Shown here one piece after another: positions 24,571-37,039 of a DNA stretch of 64,000 bases. The stretch is from Psammoneis japonica. Taxonomy: Eukaryota. The stretch lies in contig QPGO01000065.1 of NCBI GenBank assembly GCA_008632985.1, positions 124,001 to 188,000 of the forward strand. Reading direction: 5' to 3'. The notes under the pieces are model-generated. The model made no database searches, was not told the DNA's origin, and was given only the letters and a program-made list of their open reading frames with translations. Numbering within the stretch: the stretch's first letter is position 1; every line of letters begins with the position of its first letter. The position numbers and the translations under genes are program-made.

Positions 24571-26256
24571 AGGAGCGCTCCGTCTTCAAATTGCACTATT
24601 CATCGGTAGCGAAGGCCGGTAATTTTGTCGTTGCGTTATGTGTGTTGTCTTGGCGGTGTTGATTCTGCTGTCTGTATAATTAGCGGCGCTCATTGCTTCC
24701 GGCATTTTACTACCAACACTGGCCACAAGAGACTCCAGACTCTCACCATGATTTGTTATGGCGTCGAATCGCTACTTTTACTCGTTTCTTGTTGCTTCGC
24801 TTTCGCTTTTTCATTGCGATCCTGTCTCTTAATGAGCTGGATGCTTGTTTCAGACTGGACGCCGCACTTATACAGACGCATCAGTATTGAGGCTCGCAGC
24901 TTATCAAGTTCTTGAACACATGGACATCGACTTCGTTGACTATTGTTGAAAGAATGGAGGAATTATGGATTGACTTGTACGAGAGAGGCTAAGTTGAAAT
25001 CAGAGACGTGGGACTCATGCAAGCATGGTTGCAAGCTCTCGTCGAGAGTGGATACGAGTTTCCCTAAGTCACTCGCTCCCGGCATCCAAACATTGTCCTC
25101 ATGCGTGAGTTTAACTTTGCCAAAGGTTCCAAGAATGCACCATTTTGGGATCAGAAATGGCGGGAAGTCTTTCCAAACATCGTCATACGTTGTCCCTTTA
25201 GCGGTGAACAGATTGGTGATTTGCACTCCCCTTGTATACAGGCGATAGCAAGCAGCGCCAATGATCGTCGAACCGAATCGCTATGGGCTGGGCAATCAAA
25301 GACGTACTGCAAAAGACGATTCATCTGAACAATGACGAACTCGGAGGAAGTTAGCGACAAGACCCAAGCCAAAATCTATTTCCTGCAACGGATGAGAATT
25401 TTGCTCCACGAGGCACTCAAAGATGAGAACTACATGGATAACTGCTACGCTAATTCTGACAAGATTCGAAACATTTGGTGGCACCGATAGTATTCCACTT
25501 CGGGAAGAGGTTGTTGGGTTGTATCCGATTGGGGTGCAACGAAGGAACTGTGAAAAGCAAGGGAAAAGAATGTGTCAAGGAAGCATATGAGAGTATCATG
25601 GGGAACAAGGATTTGGAGAAAGCTTTTCTCAAGTGCTTCGAGAGTGACAACTCAATTACCACGGACGACAAGCTCAAAGTATACAAGCAGCTTATTTCGA
25701 AGACAGCTCAGGGCACACTGAATTAATCTCACGTATTGGGCAGTGCCCCTGACCCCACTTTCACCCCAGATTGTCAAAATGTGTAAAACACCCCTGTTTT
25801 GTAAAACGCCCTCTAGAGAGTAACGAACAAGCAGCGGCTTGGGTCGTCATGGTGCTTTCGACAGTCGAGTGAGTCGTCGAGCAGTTTTTGCTGTTTGCGC
25901 ATTCAAATCGCGCGCACTGCACAGTGAATGTTCACTTCCGGGTTCCTTCTGGTTTTGTTTCGACCTCAAACATGACCGACGACTGACCGACGAATGCTCG
26001 AAAAAGCCTGCTACGTAGGATCCTACGTAAGACATAGGGTAATGAGCCAAAATGTGTGTTTTACACGACGAAGCACGTGAAAGGCCCTTTGCGTGGTTTT
26101 GCCACAAAACTCAGGCTCTCAGCTCTCACAGCTTGTGCACTTCAATTTAAGTTTGCACTTGACAGATTGAAGGCTGACTTTCAGCAATCAGGTGTCAGGT
26201 TCTGCTGTGTCACACTGTGCCTGTGAGCAGCAGTGCCAAGAGGTTGTTTGGCAGCC

Positions 26257-26452
26257 TGACAGAATGCCGAAGGTCGACAGTGACAGAGGCATGAAAGACT
26301 CCCCAAAGTGCTAGGACTGTGATGACATGAGTGCTAGTAGAAGAGAAAGTGAGAGGCAGATCTCAGAGAGATCTGCTCGTGTCCACCCAAATGGTCCAGC
26401 CATCATCCGCGTCCAGTCTGTCCATCATGCGACAGGTGCAGATGGGCTGACA
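26257..26452 (-). repeat. 3' LTR
   Basis: Direct repeat of 33288-33483; preceded on the minus strand by polypurine tract AGGGGAGGG (26453-26461). Confidence 0.95.
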
Positions 26453-26658
26453 CCCTCCCCTGATCTGCAACATCTCAACATGTAGAACAGTGCAGATCAA
26501 ACCAAAGAACAGGGATGATGTGAGGGAAAAAAAAACAGAGAGACTAGACATGGGACACGACAAGTGTCCATGCCCAGTGCGCCATCAAACAAGGGGGCAG
26601 TGCGCAGCAGGGAGGCCACCGCGGAAAAAAAACATCAACAGCAGTGTCCCATCATGCG

Positions 26659-29600
26659 TCAAGTGTGGCGAGCGTGCAGCACCCAGCCAAGGGCCTTGGC
26701 AAGGTCATTGCTGGGGTTGACAATGCCTGGAGTGTGTCTTGTGACAATCTTGCCCGCTTCCTTCCATTCTTGAATCGCAAAAAACTGGATCTCAACATGA
26801 CGGGATCGCTCGGTCGGGATCGAGTGATTGATGATCTTGATTGCCGATTCGTTGTCAATGTATGACGGGGTTGGCGTCGTCTGAGGGAAGCCTGGGTCTT
26901 GTAGAACGTGACGAAGGCACAGGACATGCTTGGCAGCAGTTCCAGCAGCACAAAATTCAGCTTCTGTAGAGCTCGCAGCGGTCACCGATTGGGTCTTGCA
27001 CCGAAAAGATGTGGCAGCACCAGCTAACATGCAAGCACAGCCAGTCGTAGAACGACAGTTGCGGAGGTCATTGCCATGAGCAGCATCCAAGAAAGCAACG
27101 AGTTGATGGTCATGTTCCGGAAAAGGGAACGATGGTGAGGTCTGGTCCGGAGTGAGACGTTCGAAGGGGCAGGCAGGCAGTTTTGAGTCTCGGGTGGGCT
27201 TCTTGCAGTTCAATTCCCAATGCCCAGTGCGTCAAAGGCACTTGCACATGCCCTTGAGTGTGTCACAGTGAACCAAAGCAGGACAGGTAGAGAACTTGGA
27301 GAGAGCAGTGATGGCATGCCCAACATCCAGTCGACATGCAACGCACGCACACAACAATTCGCCAAGAAGAGTGCGGCAGCCAAAACCAGCAGCTTGTTGT
27401 AGCTCCGCATGCTCCGGGGTTCCTTCAGCTGGGCCAACAGTGTCGCACAGTTCGCGAACAGATTCAACAGGGAGTGGCACAGCCTTGCAGTCATCGTCGA
27501 GTTCCTCGTCCGTCGGTGTCAACCAACCATGCGAGGCACAAACCCGATCCACACAGCTGTGAACAGCAATGCCAATGGAGTCATCACATTGATGAACATC
27601 CACACCATTGAATTCTTCAATCATGCCAAGACACTTGAACGGCGGAGAGGTTTCCGATTCCAATTGGAGAGCTTTGCCAATCTTGTCGTAGATCTTGACC
27701 GCAATGGACTCTTCAGGACAAGCGAGAGAGAAATCATCAACCTGACAGAGAAGCAAGATCTTGTGTCCTTCAAAAGCAGCAGAGCAGACACATTTGTCGT
27801 GTGAGCAGTGTTGCGAAAAAGCAGGTTCACATCAGACAAAATGCCGTTGATGTGCGTCTCCCAGAGCACACCGGCTTCTGGGTGTCCTTGGAGTGCATGT
27901 TGCATCGGAAGTGCCACGGTCCTGTCCAAGTCAACACCAAATCGAGCCTTGCACCAGGTCGCGTGTGCCTCATCTACAGCAACACACACGGGATGTGACG
28001 GTCGTGGAGAGTGTGCACAGGCATCACGAGCATCCCCACCAAAGACAGGATGGCTCATGGTCACAGCAAGGGCAAAAAACATGCGTTGGATGGGTTGCTC
28101 GACACAGGATGAGTGCGTCGAGTAGAGACGATGTAGCATCAACGCAGCACGGGGAGATCCATCGCAGCACTGTCAAGAGCGCCGTGTGCCATCACACTTG
28201 AGGTCATGTTGCCAATGCGGACGAAGTGCGATGGCATCCTTGGGTCGTTTAATCGGTGCACCAAACATCCCCAACTCATGGAACTGGTCAAGTTGTTTAA
28301 ATTCACCTGTGTGCCATTCGGGCCACGTGTCCAACTTCTTGAGATGATGGCGGGTGAAAGCACCTGAGGCTTGTTCCTCTGGAGTGACAGCGTGGGATGA
28401 TGTGGCACAGACATTGACTGTGCCATTGTCATGATCAACAAAGAACGGCGGATTGACATCATCGTCATCCGCATCGGAGAAATCAACATCGGGGTGGCGG
28501 ATGGCAGCAATGGCACGCATGTCGGCGTTGGTGATTTCCGGAACATGCTCATCATCAGGATCAGGAGTCGGTGCATGCACGTTGTGTTCCATCAGAGCAT
28601 GTTGTAGAGCTTGAGAGTCCAGGTGACGTTCCGGCGCGAATTCAATTTCAAAATGAGTCTTGCCAGAATCACAGACTTGCTGAAAACGGTTGACAGCCTC
28701 CTCTGCCATGAAGATGGGATGATCATCAATCGATGCGACATGCGCACCCTTGATCTTGTTGCGGGTGGCCTTCAAAGAAGAGAAAAGACGCGCAGCAGGA
28801 GAAGCACGCTTGACATCAGAGACAAATGCTCGCAGACAGAGATCGTCCGTAGCCAAGGAAAGTCCAAACGTGGGATCAGCAAATGTTCCCTTCATCGTGT
28901 GCTCAATGGTCTTGGCAAAAGGATTCCCATGAAAGTGAAATTCATCCATTGTGGTTTCTTCAGTCTCGGCAGGTAAAGCCTTGCCATCTTGAGTGCGTTC
29001 CAAGTGAACCACATTCGGCGGAAGAGAGTCGTGGGGAAGATCATTCATGCCCTCATCACAGCGAATGTGCTTGGCAAGCTTGACACGCGATGTCTCAGTG
29101 TCACGCCAAAGAATGTTCTTGGCAGTGTCCGGAAGACAGCCTGAGAATGTGCCCTTGCAAGAGACAGACCAAAATTTCGCTGGGCGGTGATTCGACGCAC
29201 GCACCCACACTCGACAACCAAATGCACGAAAGTTCTTGAAATCATCCTTCCGACCAGCAGCGAGAGCAATCGGAGCAGCAGGTTGTCCGCGGGATGGTGT
29301 GGCATTGTTGATTCAAATGAAATGATGAAAAGCATGGGGCCAGAATTTTGTGGGCAAATCGGCACCGATTGGCATCGCCCAGATGGCGTTGGCAACAGAC
29401 AAATGACTGAGTTCCACTGGGCCACTCTGATTTGAAGCATCTTTTCCCGTAGGACGAATTGCACAATGGAAGTCATCCTCGAAGAGTCGCCGAACTTCTG
29501 GGTTTTGATGCAATTCACCTCCTTGATCCACAAATGCACATTTGTCTGGACATTTTGGCAAGTGCTCTTCCAGAAAGTGGCGAAGCCAATTCAAAGGGGT

Positions 29601-32600
29601 TGCCTTGGAGACACGAGTCGCGCCATGGAGACACTTCATTTTATGATCGTAAACAGCAATCCAACAAGTCTCGCCATTCAATCCAACATGGTCCTTGGTG
29701 CACTCTGAGTTCTTGGAGCGCAGGCCAGAGAAGGAAAAGTCAATCGTAAGGCCTTGGTGTGGCTGGGTGGCAGCAAGAGTGGTGTTCGGACCGGCAGGTT
29801 CCTTCGTCTGCTTTGCTCGTGTGCATGTGGGACAAGTGTTGAGAGGAGAAGTTCCGTGGGCAAACTTGGGGACGCCATCAACATGTTCATGGGCATGACA
29901 AAGGCAGTGATCACTTGGATGACCAAGGCGCTGATGCCATAAAAGACGTTCCGTGTCGGCCTTGAGGGACTGGACAGGAATGTTCTTCTCAGCATGCTTC
30001 TCAAAAGGAATGTCTTGACAGACATGGGGGATCAACTTGCGTTCATGACGAAGAGCGTCATGTTGGTGGGTGCGACAAGTCTCAATCACACACGTAGCGA
30101 CCTCTTCACACTCATCGGCAAAAGCAGGATCACTGGTCTTGAGGCGCTCAACAGATGCATCCAGTGCGTCGTTAGATTCCGGGAGAATGAGAGGGTGAGC
30201 AAAACATTTTCCATTGATCAATTTCCCATGAACAATGACATCCTGACTCTTGCGCAATCGGTGTCGTGCAACAAACTTGCAGGTGCCAAGATCATGGAAC
30301 TTGAGAATGCAGTCGACATTGCAATCTGTGCGACAAGCACCATTTTGACGGAGCAGGAGTCGCTCATCGACCAACGTAGATTGGATCTGCAGGTGGTGGC
30401 ATGCACGAACCTCAACATGTCCGGCAGAGTTCTCTGCAAGAATCCGCAGGCATCCGAAACCAACTGGAGTGGCTTGGTGGCCAAGAGCCGGGTTGACGGC
30501 AAGGGGACAGGGATGGGATGGGGTGAAGTCTTGGCAGCAATGGAGGAGGTCACGGTCGCCTGCACATGCAATGTCAGCACCAGCATCCAATTGAGCACAA
30601 CGTTCATTCGGAGCAAAGTTTGCGCCATTGACAGAACAAGTGGAGCGCAGCAGTTCCGGCTCAGGTGAGTGACTCGCCTGGTGTGGATCGATTGGAGTGA
30701 CACGAACAGAATTGATGGCAGCAAAACCGTCTTCAACAGCCATGTCATCACAGGTGAGATCAACACATTCCTCAAAAACCGGTGTTTCTGGGTCTTCCCT
30801 CCCCTGTTCCAAAGGATCCGGAGCATGAGCAGCATCGACGGAGGCTTCTGGAGGAGCAGGGTCATCATTGGGTGACGTGTCAGTGTCAAATGACATCTTC
30901 GTGGAGGTGGAAGGGGTGGCATCCATGTCAATCTGTGAGGAAAGAGGCATTTCAGCGGCAGATGACGAGACGGTTAGTCCCTCTTTCAAGGTCATCCCGC
31001 TGAGATTAGTCTTGTCTCGGTGAGGAGACAACGGGCAGTGTCGGAGATCCGAAACTGGCTGCGACGGCCCAATTGAAAATCCGAGGGCAGAGCACTAGAC
31101 GGAGGTGGATTTTCAGGGTTGTCATGATGGGGTGGGAGTAAACCTTGGGGGGTCCTTGGAACTCGGAAGCACGCACAGCTGCTTCCGATTTTAAAAATTG
31201 ACAAAAACGGATGTGGAATCCCTTGATGCACGGGTCATTGTTCAGGATGGGACAGTCATCAAATGAATGCTCTCCGGAGCAGACAAGACATGGTTTCTTG
31301 GAGGCTTCATGCGGAGTGACTTTCAGTTCATAGACTGAAGCCGAGCACACATGGTGAAGAATTCGATCTTCGTCCGTTGATGGGATCTTGAGTTTGTGTG
31401 ATTCGTCGCAAAGAGCATCAAAGGTGTCCGGATGTGGGGATTCTGCACCAGGATCTTCAGTGGCAGAGTCATCAACTGGTGCATGAATGGGTGTCTCAGG
31501 GATCTGGAGAGAGTTGACATTGGCAGGTGTGTGTCACGCAGGAGCATCTGCTTGATTCCATGTACGGCATGGATTGGATTGCGTCACACGAGTGGCAAGG
31601 GATGGACTGTCCGGTTGGCGGAGGAAATCAGAGAGAGTCTCGACAATCTGTGCATCCGTGTGCTTCTTCTGCATGGCTGGAGACTTCCGTTCATCTCTGG
31701 CAGCACGTGACAAGAACTTGGAGCACTCAGTGTTCTTGATGAAGATGGTCATCTCCCATGGATCATTCAACGTAGAGTCTGTGTCAAAAATGCAGGCACG
31801 CAGCTGCAGGAAATCATTGAAGATCATGTGGCAGTCCGTCAATGATCGATTGCCTTGGACAGGATGGGAATCAACAAGTCCAGCAGCATCGTGATCAAAG
31901 GCAGGATGATTCTCGTGGATGATCTGCTTGAGAGCCTTGCATCCGTTGCCATGGCATGATGCAACAATCCGATGATGCTTGCTGTTCTTGGGGAACACAT
32001 CTGACTTGGATGGGATCTTGTGGAGAGAGCTCTGGGCTTCCTTGCAGTGGACGTACATGCGCTGGGGCAAGTCGTCATCTTTGCCGTTTCCAATCTTGAA
32101 GCCTTTCTCACCACCGTGGTCCTTGGCAAAACACCACAATGGATGTGTGTGGCACCCTGAATCAAAGGCATGACGTTGGAAATTTTGGTGCCATGCACGC
32201 ATCCCAGGAGGAGAGTCGTCATGACATGCAGGAGGTTCCCTGAACAGCATTTTCTGATCAGGAGTCGAGCTCATGATGAAAAGGGCACCATTGTCAAGGA
32301 TGATGCGATCGGATGCATCAATGCAGTGACGGAATCCATGGTCGCAAGGGACGAGAGAGCTCTGGAGAGCAACTTCACTGTCTTCTTTGCGGTCTCAGCA
32401 TTCACGAACATCTTTTGGCAGCGTGTTCGGATTGAAGAGGTGTTTCGATGTAACGGAGGATGTGTCACTTCCAGATGACTTGGCAGAAGCTGTAGAAGGT
32501 GGAGCATGGCTCGACGCGTGTGCATTGAGTGCAGTGACCAAGTCAGTCACGGTCAATGCAGCAGGTCCTGCAGTTTTCTGAGAAGAAGACGGAGGCTGCT

Positions 32601-32985
32601 GTTTCTTCTGGCAGGGTGCAAGAGAGAACTCGTTCCAATTGCGATAGTTCCACATCATGTCCGGATCAACATGCATGTGTTGGGTAGACATGGCAATGAA
32701 CAGAGATTGTCCACTGTTCTGAAGATTCGTCTTGATCATCTTTGATGAGATCGGAGTCGTCAGGCGGACTGGACGAGGCCGTTGAGGGTCAAGAAGTCTG
32801 AACGGGGCTTGATCCATAATCGTCTTGATTGATTCTATGTCCGTGGGATCAGCTGTGTAAGGTGGAAACGCTTCGTGGATGAAGCAATCACGAAGCATGT
32901 CCGCGAAATCTTTCTTGGGTTGTGTGTGCTCTGGGTCGTCAAAAAAAAGGGTCCAGATCAGTTGTGGAGTCCGCACAAATCGCAT
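26659..32985 (-). pseudogene. Fragmented gag-pol polyprotein
   Basis: Zn knuckle CLVCSGEHSFDDC; protease QLDAGA; 'LWHQRLGHPS...CPTC' and integrase core (IDFS, VDQGGE, GPVE); RT 'ALQGHPE', 'QVDDF'; RNase H 'DAAHGND..RSTTG..SSTEAE..DNESA..RSRHVEI'. Multiple stops and frameshifts. Confidence 0.93.
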
Positions 32986-33277
32986 TCAGGCAATTGTGGA
33001 GATGTGGCGTCGTTGTGTGTGCCTCGAATTCGCAGCGGATCTCTGTGACGGACGACAGAGCGGGCTTTGTGGTGTCGGAAGACGCCATGGTTTTAGTGGG
33101 TGGAGCCATTTTTGGTCATGCACACGCAGAAATCTGGCATGTTTCTACGACCGTGAAAAATGCCAGGAAAGCGAGATAAAAAGTTGTCTGATCAGACGAT
33201 GAGGCTCGCTCAATCAGCTCACAAAACAAATGAATCAAAATAGAAAGCTTGGCGCAGAGGTCTGTGGCACAGCGCAA

Positions 33278-33287
33278 GGCCACAACC
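33278..33287 (-). promoter_or_regulatory. Primer-binding site of the Copia element
   Basis: GGTTGTGGCC directly follows the 5' LTR. It resembles the GGTTATG(G/A)GCC tRNA-iMet half-molecule PBS of copia-type elements, with TA read as TG. Confidence 0.65.
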
Positions 33288-33483
33288 TGACAGAATGCCG
33301 AAGGTCGACAGTGACAGAGGTGTGAAAGACTCCCCAAAGCACTGGGACTGTGACAACACAAGTGCCAGCAGAAGAGAAAGTGAGAGGCAGATCTCAGAGA
33401 GATCTGCTCGTCTGTCCAAATGGTCCAGCCATCATCCGCATCCAGTCTGCCTGTCATGCGAGACAGGTGCAGACAGGCTGACA
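33288..33483 (-). repeat. 5' LTR
   Basis: Direct repeat of 26257-26452, followed by the TSD. Confidence 0.95.
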
Positions 33484-34654
33484 CAGCCAAGCAGCCAGCT
33501 CTCTGTGAAAAATGGTTGCAAAAGGAAAGGATCTGCCTGCTGCAACACAAGTGACAAGCAATCAAGAGTGCATTTTCCTGTGGTTTGGTGTCAAAGAAAA
33601 TGTGCTTGTTTGTGGTGCGCTGTGCTGGCAAGACCAGCTGCGAGGCACAGCCCAGCCAGCCATGCAGCCACCGCCAGCACAGTGGGTGCTGGCCTCCTCT
33701 CATGATGTTGGCATTGGGCCACATCATGCAGCTGTGCCACTGCAGTCAAATGGCATTTCTGCCAGCTCTGCATGAAAAAATGATTGCAAAAGGAAAGAAG
33801 CCATCTGCGGTGCAAGAGACAAGCAGCCGCCAAGCTCCCCATGGTGGTGGGCTGCTTGAAGTGCTGCAGCAGCTGTGCTCTGTGCTGGCCATCCAACAGA
33901 GATGAGTGGACCGCAATGTTGGCTGCAAGATGAAAGGACTGTGTTGGTCACAACTGGCACCAAACAAGTGCGGGAAATTTTCCTTTCATCCAAGGAAATT
34001 TGGGAGCTGCTGAGAGAGGAGCCCCCCATGACCCAAAACCCCGCTCATGCTCACATCTTGATTTCCCCCTCATTGGCTTGTTGAATGAAGAAAACAAAGA
34101 GGCTTTCCTCTTTTGTTTTGTTGCACAATGTGCGCCAGATTTGCCACACCAATTTGAGCTTTTGTGGGCTTGCTTGGAGCAGATCACACTTTTGAAGAGA
34201 CCATGGAAGCACATCTTTTTGTCCTTGAGAAAGTGCCTCCCAATGGTGTCTGCCTCACTCATTGAGTGCATTGCACAAAAAGATGTGTTTTGGCAGCCAC
34301 AGGCTCTGTGCAAATCAACTTCTAGATGAAAGGTTCATGACGGTTGCAACCACGCATTGAATCACCAATTGTTTTTTCCTTTTCTTGTTTTCTCATGTTT
34401 CCTTGTCTAGGAAATTCAGCGCCAAATGAGGAATTCCCTGTGATCGAAAACCTGCAATGATGCGGTGATTGGCATGTTGACAATGATTCCGTTTGTGGCA
34501 TCGCTGTCAAATTTGCACTGGAAAACCATGTGGGTTTCTACTTGTCGCTGTCAAAATGGAATTGTGTCATTGTCAAATTCTGCACAAACCCTGGTGCATT
34601 TCCCACACAGTTCCCAAAGAGCCACCTGCGCAGCTGGACGATTGCCTGTTTTAC

Positions 34655-35822
34655 GTGACACTGCAAATTGCCAAACACTTGTCACTCTTTGCACACAAAG
34701 TGCGTTCGATCGCTCTGAAGAGGAAATTTTTCATTCATTGTTCGTTTGCACCAGGCCACGTGGAATTCTGCAGAAACTCCCTCTGACGTTTCACCCGCGC
34801 TTCTCTCAAAACAACACGCGACAATGCGGGGAACACCGTCGGCAGTTTGCGACAACTTTCCCTCTCTAACAAAAGAACAGAAATGACAGCATTTGTGCAC
34901 AGGAATTGTTGACACCTTCAGCACAATGTTGACAGCAAGGAGTTGCAGGATGCAGGATGCAGGATGCTGCTGTGTGAGAACAGCACTGCAAAACAAGACA
35001 ACAATGTTTGGCATGGCAAACACAGCTGTGCCGAAAATCAAACGCCCATCAATGACAAGCACTCCATTTGGTCATTCAACAATGCCACCTTCATTCCTAG
35101 ATCTGTCACCTGCAAAGCCAAATTGAAATTTCTGCTGTCTTCTTCGCATTGTGCCATTGAGAGCCGACAGCGAGTCACTTGCTCTGCTGGTGCAGAGAAT
35201 GTTTTCATGTTTGCACTGCATGCAACACATTCAATGTCTCCATCAGTGGCGCGCAACTCTTCCTTCCAGCATGTCCATCACGCACACTTTTGCTCCATTT
35301 CTCTCTTGCGCGAGCCATTTGTGGCCCTCTCATCACCTCGAATGTCCACACTGCAACACCAAATGTTCAACATTCAAACAACATTCACCAGCTTTGGTTG
35401 ATGAAAGATCAATTGAGCCTCAACGCCACTGAACAAAGGCAAACACCATGCGACATGCCAGCTGGGATGTCAAAACAGTGCAGACAGAGAACAAATGTGA
35501 GCGAAAGCACCAGCGGAAACAATGCAAGCAACAAAGCTCTCTTTTGTTGCCATTGAGAGCGCACTGAAACACGGGAGAGTTGTGAAAATTGGCAGAGTCG
35601 ATGACGATGGGCACCGCCATTGTCGGACACATCTCCTCGTGCTTCACCCCGTGTTGTGGTTGGTGGTTGGAGAGAGGAGTCGGAAAGCAGCAAGACTTTG
35701 CGCTGTAATTTTCTACGTGGCCTGGCACAAGCGAGCCAATGAAAGGAAATTTTCCTCTTCAGGGTGATCGAAGGCGCTTCACATGCGAAAAGTGACGAGT
35801 GTTTGGCAATTTGTGGTGACAC
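34655..35822. mobile_element. ~1.17-kb segment bounded by ~120-bp imperfect inverted repeats (possible non-autonomous DNA transposon)
   Basis: 34655-34773 is the reverse complement of 35703-35822; no transposase or clear TSD recognised. Confidence 0.45.
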
Positions 35823-37039
35823 ATGATTTTACGATTCCCCCCCTCCCCCCTTCACCGCGAAGGTTGCGCTCAACACGTGAGATTAATTTAGCATGCCCTG
35901 TCACGCAAGATTCAGGGCTGTTGCAGACAAGTGCAAAGAGGACAAGACAGGGCATCATGCAAAAGGCCAGTCAGACGTTGCACTCCAACAGAATCTCAGA
36001 GCTCAAGTCAAAAAGTCAAGCGTCAAGGTCACAAGCAACTCACAAACATGCTCTGTTTGATCACCCCCAGTTGGTTTCTCTAAAACGCTCTCTGCTCCAG
36101 ATTGCCCTGTCCACTTGGAGGGGTTTGGGTTGCTTGCAGCGAAGACTTCCACTTGAAAAGGCACTCAAGCCCACAAGAAAGTGGGGCCCCATGCCGATCA
36201 TGTGCATGCATCAGAGGCAGCAATGTGGTGGTTTCCACTTTCTTTTGTAAAATTTTGAGTGTGCATTGTTAAAATTGTCAACAAGCAGAACTTGAAAAAA
36301 TGCCGGCAAAAGTGCTTGACAAAATGAAGCTGTTTTTTGCATTTTATCTGATGTCTCATTGACTTTTCTTGCACAAGCTTCAATCAAATGCATGCAATGT
36401 TTAATTTAACTGGGGTTAAAATCTGTTTTTTGTTGTGCATGGTTTGGTTTCCTTTTGATCGTAATCAATTTGAACTTGGTTTTAACTTTGTCCTCCTCAC
36501 TCACGTGTGTGTCTTTGCACGTGTGCAGTCTGCAGCACTTCACGCACGCGCACATGACCCACCTTCATTTTTCTTCACTTTTGCACAGCCCGTTGGTCTA
36601 CGGCATTTTCAGCATGTGTTTTGCACGTGCAATTTTCTGCACATTTCACAACAGTGCACCCTCTCCCCAAAGTTTGAAAAACGAGAGCGCGTGCTGTTGT
36701 GACTCACGTGGATCCTGCGTGTGGTCGCAAATCTGCAAATCGACAACCGGCCATGGCGGTGAAAGACTTTGCCCCATTGGCCGATGACAGCAGCTCAATG
36801 CATGGTGACACCTGCCATCCTTCTGGTTGGTCAAGATGGGGTTTTATTTGGGTGCAGCTTGAATTTTGTGATCGCGAGTGTGCTGTCACGAATCTGCCGC
36901 ATCCAGAATGCTGAGCTGCTGGCGTGTTGTTGTGTGTTGTGTGCACGCACGTCACAAACTTGCTTTTCTGCAGCGTTGTCACAATCGCGCATGTCAGAGT
37001 TTTTCATCCAGAATCATCGTGAGTTGCCATGAATTGCAC

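Larger units (their letters stand above)
26257..33483 (-). mobile_element. Full-length Ty1/copia LTR retrotransposon (CoDi-like), 7227 bp, inactivated
   Basis: Two 196-bp TG...CA LTRs; 5-bp TSD CAGCC (26252-26256 and 33484-33488); PPT and PBS adjacent to the LTRs; gag-PR-IN-RT-RH order on the minus strand. Confidence 0.95.

Noticed and set aside
26659..32985. Alternative genetic code or ADAR-type RNA editing
   Set aside because: Neighbouring host genes use Tyr normally. Changes occur on both strands, differ between LTRs and extend into flanks, which points to post-insertion DNA change.
26257..33483. Fungal-type RIP or simple CpG deamination as the explanation
   Set aside because: RIP would enrich TA and stop codons; CpG decay cannot turn Tyr into Cys/His, and CpGs persist here.
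25737..36195. Possible TIR pair (CCCCACTTTC / GAAAGTGGGG) for a DNA transposon hosting the Copia
   Set aside because: Only ~10 bp match; no TSD or transposase recognised.
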